From assembly GCA_030612505.1 (NCBI GenBank), contig JAUWNU010000001.1, forward strand, positions 1,233 through 65,232: a DNA stretch of 64,000 nucleotides, in the 5' to 3' direction. Within the stretch, counting starts at the first letter, position 1. Every line of letters begins with the position of its first letter. Shown here one piece after another: positions 37,484-49,900 of this stretch. Both the position numbers and the translations under genes were made by a program. Below the pieces are notes generated by a model, which worked only from the letters and a program-made list of their open reading frames with translations, had not been told where the DNA came from and did not search any database. Origin of the DNA: Methanomassiliicoccales archaeon. GTDB lineage: Archaea; Thermoplasmatota; Thermoplasmata; SG8-5.

Positions 37484-38824
37484 TCATGAACTAGGCTTGC
37501 GTCTGACAGCGATGAGGATACAAGATATAATGACAATTCCAATGAGGGCTGCCCATAACACCCGGTTGTCAGATCGATTTACACCTTCCGGTCCAATGGT
37601 CCTGTAGACGAGCCAGGTATTATCTGTTGGTTCGGGAAATTGCTCGGCAGTGTTGGTCTCCCAGATAATCATCAAATCGGTATCTAGAGGAAGTAACGCT
37701 GGGCCGCCGAGTAACAATCCCCCTCCATCTCGCCTGTCACCATCCCCGGTTGTGAGTTCGATGGTGCCGCTCCATTCACCATCAACTAATATGCGTATCA
37801 CAATATCAGAATCAGCACCCGTGGTGATGGCCGGGTCATGGGATTGCCAGCAGATATAAAGGGCATCGTCGAACACAGTCATTGTGGGTTTGAAATCGTC
37901 GCCAGAATCGTCCGTCGTGAGTTCGACCAGTGAAGAATTCCAGTGGGAGCCGTCGTAGGCCGCCACGACTATGTCCCAGTCATCACCCGAACTAATAATC
38001 GGATCATTCGTTCTCCATGCCACGCGAAGTTTATCGTCGTGGGTGCATATGGCGGTGTCCGAGTTGTCCTCTGTGCTGGTTGATGTGATATCAGAGATAT
38101 TCTGGCTCCACGAAAAACCATCGAAGGACCGCACGAGAATGTCGCTTCCCTCGTCATTCCCAAAGTTAGTCGTGTAACTCTGCCAGGCCGCATAGGCATT
38201 TCCCTGGAACGTTGTGATGGAAGGGGACCAGTTGTTGCCATTGGTGCCCTCTGACACTACAATCAGTTGCCCCCATTCTCTATTCTCATCCAAACACCTG
38301 GAAACAATGTCATATTGTGAGCCAGTCCACCTCTGCCAGACCACCAGAAGCTTCGAGCCTAGGCTTACGGCCACCGGCATTCTGTCGTTCTGGTCATCGT
38401 TCTCTGGACTCACGAGAATAAGGGTATCGTTATGGCTATTGACCTGTTTCATCACTATCTCGTCGTCTATTCCCGGGTCAACCAATTCAGAATCGCTCTG
38501 CCAGAGTACATAAATCTCACCACAATGTCTTACAAGTTTTGGCATCCCACTGTACCCATCGTCCCAAATAACCAATGGCGGTGACCATTGGCTAGAATAT
38601 TCAGAATACATTATGCATTCTGTGCTGTGACAGTAAGCCGGATCATTGGTGCTCCAAACAAGGTGTCCAGTATTTCCATCATTCAATGCAAAGGGGTCCC
38701 TGTCCATGCCGAGGGCACCGGGCAGGGTGAACTCTGTGACGCCAGTACCACCCACAAAACCAGAACCAATAAACAGCGGACCGGAAATGACCAAAACAAT
38801 GAACAGAAGGACTCGGTACTTCAT
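37484..38824 (-). CDS. Surface-anchored 7-bladed beta-propeller protein (distant BNR/sialidase-fold relative) with a signal peptide and C-terminal TM anchor
   Basis: Seven repeats of W-x-(S/T)-x-D-x5-9-D-x-D-I-V-x10-15-W. C-terminal VLWAALIGIVIISCILIAVRRKPSS. Confidence 0.65.
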   Translation of the reverse strand: MKYRVLLFIVLVISGPLFIGSGFVGGTGVTEFTLPGALGMDRDPFALNDGNTGHLVWSTNDPAYCHSTECIMYSEYSSQWSPPLVIWDDGYSGMPKLVRHCGEIYVLWQSDSELVDPGIDDEIVMKQVNSHNDTLILVSPENDDQNDRMPVAVSLGSKLLVVWQRWTGSQYDIVSRCLDENREWGQLIVVSEGTNGNNWSPSITTFQGNAYAAWQSYTTNFGNDEGSDILVRSFDGFSWSQNISDITSTSTEDNSDTAICTHDDKLRVAWRTNDPIISSGDDWDIVVAAYDGSHWNSSLVELTTDDSGDDFKPTMTVFDDALYICWQSHDPAITTGADSDIVIRILVDGEWSGTIELTTGDGDRRDGGGLLLGGPALLPLDTDLMIIWETNTAEQFPEPTDNTWLVYRTIGPEGVNRSDNRVLWAALIGIVIISCILIAVRRKPSS

Positions 38825-38835
38825 ACGAATACCAC

Positions 38836-39366
38836 CTAGGGAACTCTCTGTTGGCCAGCCAGCTCTTTCAGCTTATCAATACTGGCCAGTGAAATCAATT
38901 CAACATCAATACCGGCAAGTGCTTCTCTTGCTCCTTCTTCCCGGTCAACAATAACAATAGCCTTGTCCACCAGGCCCCTATGTTCTCGGACAGCGGCAAT
39001 GGCCCTTATCAGGCTTCCGGCAGTTGTCACCGTATCCTCAACAAAAAGCACTTTTTCACCGGCTGCCAGTCCCCCTTCAACAATGTTTCCTATGCCATGG
39101 CCTTTTCTATGTTTACGGATCATGAGATAGGGTATGTCAATCTCCAAGGATAGTGCTGCGGCAATTGGCACCGCACCGAGCTCCACGCCTGCTATCTTCT
39201 CAGCATCCCCTATGTATGAACTCATTGCCCTGGCCACCTTTTTCAGAAATTTGGGCTGAGTAATAACTACTCTCAAATCAACATAATAATCACTTTTTCT
39301 GCCTGAAGCCAGAGTAAAATCTCCAAGTTTGAAGGCTCCGGCATCTACAATTTCTTCTTCCAGCAT
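38836..39366 (-). CDS. pyrE: Orotate phosphoribosyltransferase
   Basis: PRPP-binding motif VLFVEDTVTTAGSL. 176 aa of type-I PRTase. Ends with a TAG stop. Confidence 0.85.
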   Translation of the reverse strand: MLEEEIVDAGAFKLGDFTLASGRKSDYYVDLRVVITQPKFLKKVARAMSSYIGDAEKIAGVELGAVPIAAALSLEIDIPYLMIRKHRKGHGIGNIVEGGLAAGEKVLFVEDTVTTAGSLIRAIAAVREHRGLVDKAIVIVDREEGAREALAGIDVELISLASIDKLKELAGQQRVP

Positions 39367-39414
39367 TTATTCACCTACCAGGGCACATCATTTCCCCTTA
39401 TTATAAATTATATA

Positions 39415-39996
39415 TTACCAGGGGACGTCTTTCTTCCCCATTTTAAAACCTATGATGTTCACAACCCTGTGCATTACTGGGATAAGAATTATCAATCCAA
39501 TGAAGCCAGCCAGATAAACGCCGTCAATAAAATTATCATAGAACCAGGTCCACTGAAGCGGCACAATTAAAATCATTGCGCCAATAAAGAAATCATATTG
39601 GTCCATTATTGGGAACTTGGCCCCGCGTTTCTTGCCAATACGGCGCTTTATGAAGCTTCCCAGCATGTCCCCGAACATTGAGCCGAAGGCCAGCAGAAAT
39701 AGAATTGGCAAGGCACAGGTGATGCAGGGATTTATTGTCCAGTTTGGCTGATTCAAAAAGCCCATTATGATTATCTGGATTACTCCCAGAATAACACCGC
39801 TGAGGGTTCCGCCTATAAGTCCATTCCAGGTCTTTCCATCGCCCAGTATTCTGGTGCCGTTCTTCATTGTCTTGCCGAAGTCTACAGGTGTTCCACCACC
39901 GAATAGCACCGCTGCTGAATTGGGTATCAGCATTGGAACCATTAGCCAGACCGCTCTCAGAATTGCCATGACAATTTCCAGAATGTCCATGAGCAT
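39415..39996 (-). CDS. carS: CDP-archaeol synthase (CarS, DUF46 family)
   Basis: Conserved PNSAAVLFGGGTPVDFGK...RILGDGKTWNG motif. 5 TM helices. About 190 aa. Confidence 0.8.
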   Translation of the reverse strand: MLMDILEIVMAILRAVWLMVPMLIPNSAAVLFGGGTPVDFGKTMKNGTRILGDGKTWNGLIGGTLSGVILGVIQIIIMGFLNQPNWTINPCITCALPILFLLAFGSMFGDMLGSFIKRRIGKKRGAKFPIMDQYDFFIGAMILIVPLQWTWFYDNFIDGVYLAGFIGLIILIPVMHRVVNIIGFKMGKKDVPW

Positions 39997-40068
39997 GGTA
40001 ATGTTGAGCCAATTAAAAATAGTTGGGGAATGAAATGTTTAATAGTAGCCAGCGCATTAGGGTCTTAC

Positions 40069-40770
40069 ATGGAGAAAATTCAGACTTACATAGAGGGCTT
40101 TGATGAGGTATTGGACGGCGGAATTCCCCAGGGGCATGTTGTTCTAGTTTGCGGGACCCCTGGTACAATGAAGACCTCAGTGACATACAGCATCATGTAT
40201 GAAAATGCCAAGCAGGCTGGAAAAAAAGGCCTTTATATTTCACTGGAAGAGAGCTATGAGGGTCTGAAAGGGGCAATGCTGGACCTGGGAATGGAAGGCA
40301 TTGACGAACTTCCGGTATTCATGATAGATGTGGGAAAGATCAGGCATGCCCATGTAGGCCAGGAAATGAACAAGAACTGGATAGACATACTCCAGAAATA
40401 TATCAAAAAGAGAGTGGAAGAAAATGACTTTGACATCATAGTTATTGATTCGCTGGCTGCGCTTTATTCCCTTGCGCCACTGAGTAATCCCCGTGCCGAA
40501 TTATTTCATTTTGTACGGTTCCTGAAAGAACTAAGGGCATCGGTCTTCCTTATCTCGGAAATATCCTATGGCTCAACATCCCTGGTATCCCATGACGAGG
40601 ACTTCCTGGTTGACGGAATTATTCATCTTAAAATGCATGAGGTTGGGGAAAGTGACTTCCAGCTGAGAATTAATTGTATTAAGATGAGAAGGACGCAGCA
40701 TACAAGAGGCTGGCATCGTTTGATGCATACTGGTAAAGGGTTTAATGCAACGCCAATTATTTCTGATTGA
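40069..40770 (+). CDS. KaiC-like/RecA-superfamily ATPase (single domain). Start taken at MEKIQTY; the ORF track begins 13 codons upstream.
   Basis: Walker A VLVCGTPGTMKTS. Walker B DIIVIDSLAALY. About 230 aa, like archaeal KaiC/RadA-like paralogs. Confidence 0.75.
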   Translation: MEKIQTYIEGFDEVLDGGIPQGHVVLVCGTPGTMKTSVTYSIMYENAKQAGKKGLYISLEESYEGLKGAMLDLGMEGIDELPVFMIDVGKIRHAHVGQEMNKNWIDILQKYIKKRVEENDFDIIVIDSLAALYSLAPLSNPRAELFHFVRFLKELRASVFLISEISYGSTSLVSHDEDFLVDGIIHLKMHEVGESDFQLRINCIKMRRTQHTRGWHRLMHTGKGFNATPIISD

Positions 40771-40990
40771 AGTTGGTGTAATTTGTATTTAATTGTTATC
40801 CATTTTGCTTGGAGATTGTTTGAATAATGTAAATAAGTCTTACAACCTTAACTATTATCCAGCTATTATCCGGTGCAAGACGATGGCGGCTATGCAAGAG
40901 CTTGAAATGTTTCAACTGTGCCAGAACGTGAACTGTGCTGATAAGACAAAGAATGGTGCCAGTGCAAATCCTCTTGCGGGATTTGTTTTA

Positions 40991-43900
40991 TCAGGGTGGA
41001 ACAGTGAACTCCCATGTATAGTCTAATACATTACCATAAATGTCCTCTGCAACTATTTGACAGACCACAGTAGTTCCAGGAGCAAAACCTGCTTCGTGAT
41101 AGTATGAAACATTGTAACCGTCTGTGATGGGATCTAAATCGTAGAAAACAGAGAATGCGCTGACGTAAAGCCGGATAGTGCTTACTTCCACTCCAAACAT
41201 GTCTGTTATATGAATTGAAATTACAGGTGTTGTATTGGTCGATGCTCCATCTGGTGGAGGATATTCATTTGAATGCTGAGGTGGAATTGTATCGCTTATC
41301 ACAGTCCAAGTGCAGTTGTCTGTGACTTTCACCCAATAACCTTCACCGGCAGTCATTGTGACTGTGGTCAGATCGTAAACATCTCTTATGAGCATTGGTG
41401 CTGTGGAATCATAAACAGCTATACTTCCTACAGGTAATCCAGATAATGCGTCAGAAGCTAGTCTGTCATTGTATGAAGGATAGCCCACAAGGTTATAACC
41501 ATAGTACAAAGGTATCTCAGTAATTATAGGTTTACTTCCCATTACTGCCAATGTAGTATTAGCCGTTGCATGTATCCAAATACCCATTGTATGGTTAATG
41601 TATAGCAGGTTATTTTGATATTCTGGCTTATAGATGTTATAAGATTTCCAATAATCTAATCTTGTATCAAACCACCTTGCACGATCCCACTCGCCTTCTA
41701 TAGTGTAGAATGCAGACCGGATGTATGGATCGAATTGTATATTAGGCAGGGAAATCAGGTTCCAGCCTTCGTGCAATGGTAATAGGAAAGGTTCACTTAA
41801 TATGATTATTACTTCCTTGCTTTGGTTCATATATGCGTTTGGTGTGGCATAACCTATAAGGTTCTCATACGTTGCAGTTGCATAGTGGGGTGTGCTGAGT
41901 GTTCTAGTAATTGAATTCTCCACATATTCTGTACAGATAACCCAGTTAGTTCTTCCATTAATATTCGTGGTTCGTAATTCAACTAAATTGTGAGATGTAT
42001 CATTCACCCAAACGGTTGCATTAGAAGTGGGCTCAAGAGACTCATAGAGAACTTTTACATGGAGGAACCATTGGACTGTAAGATTTGATGAAGCATCCCA
42101 GTATATTGTATTGGTCTTATTGAAGGTTGTATTTAGAGAAACTGGGTGGGAGTCACCACCAATGCTGAAGTCATAACCGGTACTATTTGTAATAGTGGAA
42201 TTTACTATCAGGAAAGAGGAATCATAACAATAGATTGCATCGTTTACAGTGTCTGAAATAATGTTGTTTCTGAGTTCGGTTCTCAGAACGTATTTTATAT
42301 TAATATTCTCCAATACGATTTTTCCCTGCTCGTCAACACTGACATTCAGAGGTATAGTGACATCCCCTAAACCTGTACCTGATACTCTACTGTTCAACAA
42401 GCTTACTAATCCATTGTCTGTTTCATTGATGAAAACGATTTCATTAAATTCACCACTATACACCCAATCCTCAACACCATCATCTCCAATGTCAAGCTTA
42501 ACATTGCTTGAGAAAATGTCATCTCCAAATATTCTCATGTCAACAAAATGAATGTGTGTTGTTTGTTCTTCTTCACACATTTCTTGCCAGGCTACTATGT
42601 TTCCATGAATTGATTGACTAGGATTTGGGCTAATACCTGCTGTCAAAGAAAGAATGGTTGTATTACCATCAGATATGTCATATATGGCAACTCCAAATGG
42701 TCCAGGAACTGCATTGATTATCTGGTAAACTACTTTATCGCCCCAGATTTCCGGTTGCACATTATTATGAGCATTCGTAATCTTAACAGTCTCATTGTTG
42801 GAAAGATTGAACACATAGATATTCCACCAGTTATCCGATGTGACACCATCTTTGTCGCTTTGCCAAGCTATAAAATTATTATGGATACTTGGGGATGTGT
42901 TGATGGTTCCACTGCCAAGTGGGGTAATCCATTTTTCACTGTCATCTCCTCCACCATCTTCAAACACACCATTTAGTCCAAGGTCATATAAGTATATTGC
43001 ATATTCCCAACCTAGATATTTGTGCCATACAATCTTATTCCCAAAGATACAAGGAGCATCATCAATTTCAAGATTATTTGTTATTCTAGTCTCTTCGTTT
43101 GATGTCAGATTATACATATAAATTTCATAATTTCCGTCGCGAGAATCACGCCACACAACTTTATCGTTATGTATACTAGTAGAATAACCTCTGGAAACCT
43201 TGTTGGATAGTTCGGTTACAATATCTGCCGAGATATTATAAGAATATAGGTGATTTTCATATATCCAAACATATTGATCATCCCAAAGAGCACCTTGTAT
43301 TGCCATAATGTTACTTCCCACATCCACTAGATACTCCTCTTCCATAGTTGAAATATTGTAAGTAAAGAGGCTATAAACTCCTTCCCGTTTATCTAACCAG
43401 TATACTCGGTCTTCCCAAACATGTGCATAATGTTGACCCATTCCCGCTGGATTAGAAACTACTTCTACACTAGTTCCTAATGATTCTCCTGAAATCACGA
43501 AAGTTGACTCATCCAAAATAATGGCCCTGTTTGGAACAGTGAGTGTTGGTAGGGGATTAAGATACGACTCTGGATTGAAAAAGCCGAAATCTCTTTTTCT
43601 ACTCCCATCAGAAAGGCAATTTATTGAAAGTTCTGGAGAATAACTAGAATTTTCAAAATATACACCATAACCATTGATTGAAATGATATTATTTGCTATA
43701 TAAGGACCTGATGAACGGGAATATATTCCGTATGCTATGTTCTGGGAGATATTGTTGTTCATAATCGATGGATGTGAGCTATCACAAAATATACCATAGT
43801 TGTTCAATCTTATATTGTTCCCTGTTATATTCATTGGTTCTTCGTTTGAGTTTATGTAGATACCATAACTAAACAAAGATATTGTATTGTTCTCTATGGT

Positions 43901-46900
43901 AGTTTTTGCTGTTCCGTATATGCCTATTCCTCTTTGGGTTCCGGTTCCAGTGATGTTGTTCTCTTGAATTACAGGATAACATGTATAGGTGGTTGAGGTG
44001 GATCCATAAGCATACACTACATGCCCTGTTCCAGATTGTATGAAAGTATTGTTCTTAATGTTCGCTAAGCTATCGTAGCAGTAAATGAGGTTGGATGAGC
44101 TTCCAGAGATATTATTATGGGAAATAGTTGTTGGTCGTTTACCTCCATACATATAGATACCATAGGTGTTGCTTGAGAATATATTGTTGTAACTTATTGA
44201 CGGCCAAGAAGCAAAGAGATAGATGCCATAGGTGTTGCTTGAGGAAATATTGTTTCTTATTACCTCAGTACTAGAAGACCATACCATATAGCAACCATAT
44301 CTGTTTAGGAGTATATTGTTGTCTTCAACGATGGCATGACTACCTTGATCTCTTATACCAGCACCGGATGTATAACCGTATCCATTTGAAGTTATGTTAT
44401 TACCAGCGATTGTTGCACCAGAAGATTGTATATATATCCCACAATTATCATTTGAAGTTATGTTGTTTCCGCTAATTAATGACGTGTCGGATGAAGTACT
44501 CTTAATGCCAACCAGATTTAACTGAATTGTATTGTCGGTTATTGTGCTCTGAGACCACCATCCAGTAAGTATCCCGATGCCATCGTTGGAATTTATATGG
44601 TTCCGTGTTATAATCGCCATTGAACGTATCACAAATATTCCTTGATAATTCAGGGAGATTGTATTGTTATCGACTGTTGAAAGTCCACCTCCCTCTAAAT
44701 ATATTCCACGCACATTGTTTAAAGATATGTTATTGCCATCTCTTAAGACAGGGGACGCCGAGTTGCTATATACTCCATAATTAGTGTTTGAAATAATTGT
44801 ATTACCGATTATACTTGGGCTGGCTAAGATAGCCACAGATATACCGATAGTGTTCCAACCTATGTCATTGTTCTCTATAGTAGGGGCACTGTTATTTACA
44901 TAAATACCTCGTGGGTTTGAGCTTATATTGTTATTGTTGGCGATAATCAATGATGTGGCTGCCTCATTTATTTGTATTCCGTCATTCCAGTTATAATTGA
45001 TATTGTTTGCTTCAATATTTGAGGAACTATCTTTTCCAACCACGATGCCATGATAATTGTCTGTAAGGTTGTTTTTTGTAATATGGGGCGAAGAGTCACC
45101 AATAACAACTATCCCTGACCCTACATCGAAATCAAACATTACAACGAATTTGAAATATTCACCGGAATTATCATCGATAGCAATATTATCAGCAACATCT
45201 TTTGACTGAACCGCAAAATAGTATGTTACACCATGAAGCAAATTCGTAAGAAATACAATGTGGGCTGTGGTCTTTCTCGGGTTCGAAGCTGTTGTTAAGG
45301 GAGGTACATTGTCACCCCAAATTACCGTGCTGTCACTACTTTCGTCAGTGTCCCAGGTGATTGCCACAGTGCCATATGATAATCTTGTGACTGCAATATT
45401 GGAAATAATGGGCATCGTATCGTCGATAATAGCTGTGTCAATAGCTGTTGCCGGACTGCCTGTTCCATCATCTGCATCTTCATATTCAACAGTTATTGTG
45501 TCACCTGATTTTACCTGTAATATATTGTCTGGAGGATTTGAATCTCCATACTCCAATGTCGCACTGCCAGTAAAGTAACTGGAGCCTGAGACCGTCTCTG
45601 TCAAAGTGGACTGTAATAAATCTCCGGTTGGACTGCTCGCGAGGTTAATCATTATGTTTGGTATTGCTGTCAAGTCCGCATCGACCAAGTTTATTCCTGC
45701 TGTTGAGTTTGACTGATATGCCGTTTTATCAAATTCAACAATGCCTTTGCTTGTAGGTGTCCCGTGATAGTTCAGAACAATGGCATAATCCTGGTCAATC
45801 GCAGATGTGGCAGAAATACTATCCTCTAACAAACTTACGGCAATTACTCTTACTATGTAAGTTCCCACCAAAAGCTCCGAAGGATTGATGTACACACATT
45901 CTATATTGTTTATATCATCGTTTTGAATCAGAGATGAATCTGACCAACCGTTTGAAAATTGATTGCCATAATATACCGTACCATCAGGTGCAATCACATC
46001 AAGATCCAGGTTGTTTACCAAGGTCTTAGCTGCATTCGGCGAGCCTGGAGGATCTGTCCAGGCCATTGTGATCTTGAGCGGCTGGGTTGTATCTGTTACT
46101 GTGACCTTATACTCTTGCCATTGTCCGTTTTCCAATAACTGATGGTCATCATGTGTTATTGTGCCTACTGGCTCAAGGGCATTTGTCAGATTCATTCTAC
46201 CCCATCCCTCATTTCCGTTTGGTATATCTGGAGTGCCAATATCATCTGCACTGTTTATCAATACTGCCTTTATCATAGCCGGGCTCGGATCTACTCCGTA
46301 GAGATTTCTGTAGTATTCAATAAACAACGCGGCTCCGCCTGCGACATGTGGACATGCCTGGCTAGTACCTGAACACCACTGATAATCATCATCTATGTTT
46401 TGGTATCCTGCTGCAACCAGGCTTGGGCTTCCATCATGAGTTTGTAAAGAAGCAATCCATGTTCCAGGTGCGACAATGTCTGGTTTAATTCTTCCATCAT
46501 CAGTAAGCCCTCTGCTACTGAAGTAGGCAATTTCATCTGGGTTATCTGCTGCACTGCTCCCCTCTAGTCTGTAATTTTCTGATGCACCCACAGTGATTAC
46601 GTTTTTTGCATTCCCAGGGCTTCCTGTAGAACCTGCACCAGCACTACCTTCATTTCCTGCAGCAAATATCATAGTGTATTCTTGATCTCCAGCAGTATCA
46701 TTGTCAGCGTCTCTAACAAGGGCATCGAATTCAGCATCGTCTAGAGTGTACGCCCCATAACTCCTACTTCCCCAACTGTTACTACCTAGCACTGCTCCAC
46801 GAATAAAAGCATCTTTCACTAATTCTTGATTTGATGGGCCTTCCCAGGAATCTGAATCGCCAAATATCCTCTGAGCCAATATTTTGGCATTTGGTGCAAC

Positions 46901-49900
46901 ACCTAATCCATACAGATAGCTGTTGGTGTCTGTTGTTCCAATTGAAGCGTTACCAGCTACAATCCCTGTACAATGTGTTCCATGTCCATTGATATCTTCA
47001 GCAACACCATCTGTATCATCATCTTCTGTATAGTCAATATATCCTAATACTCTGCCTCGCAGATCTTCATGCATTGTTCCATTTACACCTGTATCGAGAC
47101 CTGTATCAACAATAGAGATATTCACGCCAGTTCCATTGTATCCTAGGCTATTTACATAAGAGCCATAACCTGGGAAAGAGCCGCCAACTATTTCATCAGA
47201 AACTTCGTCAAATATCTCAGGAACCATATAAGGCTCAATCCAATATACCTCCGGAATATGTGCAACTTTTGATACAATATCAGAGTTAATCTGGATTCTC
47301 ATATTGTAATAATCTCTAAATTGCCATTCCTTTAGAACCACGTTGCTCAAAGAAGTGACTTCTGCGACTATATCAGATACAGCATCAGTATTCATTATCA
47401 TAACAGTGACATTTGTAGAATTTTGGAGGTTTCTATTGATTTTTGAGCTGATTTTGTAAGCTGGTTGATATAGGCCGCACCACTGAATGAAAGGCAGATT
47501 TTCCACGCTGGTTTTCGTTGTCTCGTCCATCATTACACCAAATGCATTACTTGGTACAGAGTCATAGACTGTCGCACCTAACCCCTCAATCTGCTCTATC
47601 ATTTCATTTGTAAGAGGTTCGGAGAACTGGACAAGATACAACCCATCAACCCCCGGCGGATAAGCTTCGATTTTAAGATCACTTGAAATTAACGGTTCAC
47701 CTTCAATTGTATCAAATGAGATGGAATCCAGTGATATTTGAGTTTGAGATTGCGGTCTTCTATTGAGTAATTGAAGAAGTGCTGGTGAAGAAAAGATGCT
47801 ACCGCCTGAACCGGGCAATCCTTTTCCACTGTATGTTGTAGCAGAAACAAAGTTATCCGAGATGTATGGCGATCCACCAGAGACAACAATTCCTGCTTGC
47901 CCATTGAAAGTTATTGTGTTTCCAATAATCGGTACGTTAGACAGAATCGAGCTTACTCCAAACCCGGTATTAAATGAGATGTTATTATTGGCAATTTTCG
48001 TGTATTCTGAGAGTAAAAATGGAACTGAAACAGGATTTGCTTTTGAGGATCCTACGAAGATTGTGAATGTTTGGTACGCATCGTTCAGCCACAGATCGAA
48101 AGTCACCGTGCCACCAGTTATGTTAAAGTCCAATGAATCCTCACCGCTTCCTTCATTCATGTTAAAAGATGTCGGATTGCCTATTCCTGCAGTATCGCCT
48201 TCTCCTGTCTCAAAGTCGAAGTAGTTCAAATTCGTAAAGCTCTCGCTTGCAGTTATTGTTCCGTTGAAGTAATCTGTACCTCCGTCGCCACTCATTCTCA
48301 AATGCCAACCAGCATTGTCATGCCAGATGAAATAGCCCACATCTGTTCCGGGAATGTATGTCGGCTCACCATAGGGACTGATCATATTATGGACGCTGGT
48401 GCCATTTCCCTGATTATATTGAATTGTATTGTTTACAATCCTTCCGATGGACGAATCCAGGTATATTCCTTCACCAACATTGTCTTCTATCAGACAATTT
48501 TCGATTATGGGGCTGCTCATGCCCTCGACAAAGATACCGTGCCCGAGGTCTGCCTTGGTCACATTGCTGTTCATGATTGTTGGAGAGGAATCTTTGACGT
48601 AGATGTTGTGTGTGGTTCCTTCCATGATTTTACTGCCAGCGATATTTACTTTACTTCCTTCAAGTGCCTGGATGCCTCCTGGTTTGCTGAGGTCTGAAAT
48701 ATCGCCCCACATCCACCGAACAGAACTGTTATCCGTGACGTTGAGCCACGAATTAGTGAAAAACTTGTATGAAAGAGATTCTTGTTTTGCAACGATAATA
48801 GACCGATCTAAGATATCAAAACTTCCACCATGATTGAGTTTTATCTTGAGCGGTGATTCTAATGGGTCAATCCTGTCTATTCTCAATGTGACATTATCTT
48901 CGAATATCAGTCGTCCGGTAGAATTGATTATCAAATCTCCGCCAAGACCGTATCTGTCCTGCAATCTTATCTCCACATTATTGTATCTCTCTTCTGTGTC
49001 CACGTAATGCGTCGAGTTCCACCAGATAGTTCCACCAATCACCCACACACCTTCCCTGATGACATTATCGCCTTCATTTGCCTCGCCGATTTTGTTCTCG
49101 GGGTCTATGTGAATGTTCAGATAATGGGGGCCTCTGGTCTCGGGAGTCCATTCAAATGTAACAAAATCTTCGGAACCGCTCTCTATCTTGCTGATGGTGG
49201 ATGAGGATAAAAGCGTCTTATCTCCGTTCTCTAATTCATCGTATATATCTACTTGAACATCCTTGGCAGATACTATTCCAGCATTGCTCACGGGAATTTT
49301 TATCCAGCTTGGTTCGCCCTTGATCAAATCGCCTTCTATCTCAATGTATTGTGGTATCGCTGTAAGGTCTGGTGGAAATATCAATCTGGTTTCATCTATC
49401 TTCACAATCGCCCACGTGCCAAATATCTCCGGCAATCTTCCCTTTATCACATAATCTCCTATCTCATCTTTTGTTTCGAGAAGAAGTTCTTCACCAGCTT
49501 CTAAGAAAGCTTGTATATCTTTGTCTTCTGCCAGATTCTTCATTGCAGTTTGATATTTGTTGAGAGCAAGTGAAAATTTATTGTCGATAATTCCCCACCA
49601 ATTATCTCTGCCGAGTTGAATTGTACCTGTAACTCTTATCTCGGCAATGCTTTTCTCCGCATTTGCGATATCTTCAGACATAGGATTATCGACCATTACA
49701 TCTGTAGTTTCAATCAAGTTGTTAATCATAGACCAGACTTCCAGTATCAACATATCTGCGTCTGCCTCGTTGATTGTTCCCTGCTTCTCAAGCAAGGATA
49801 TCTTGTCTACTACCAAAAAGGCAGAATCAACCGCGTGATTTAATGTATTAACTGCCTGTGCTGTCTTCCCATTGTCATAGAAATTATCAGCGAGATTCAA

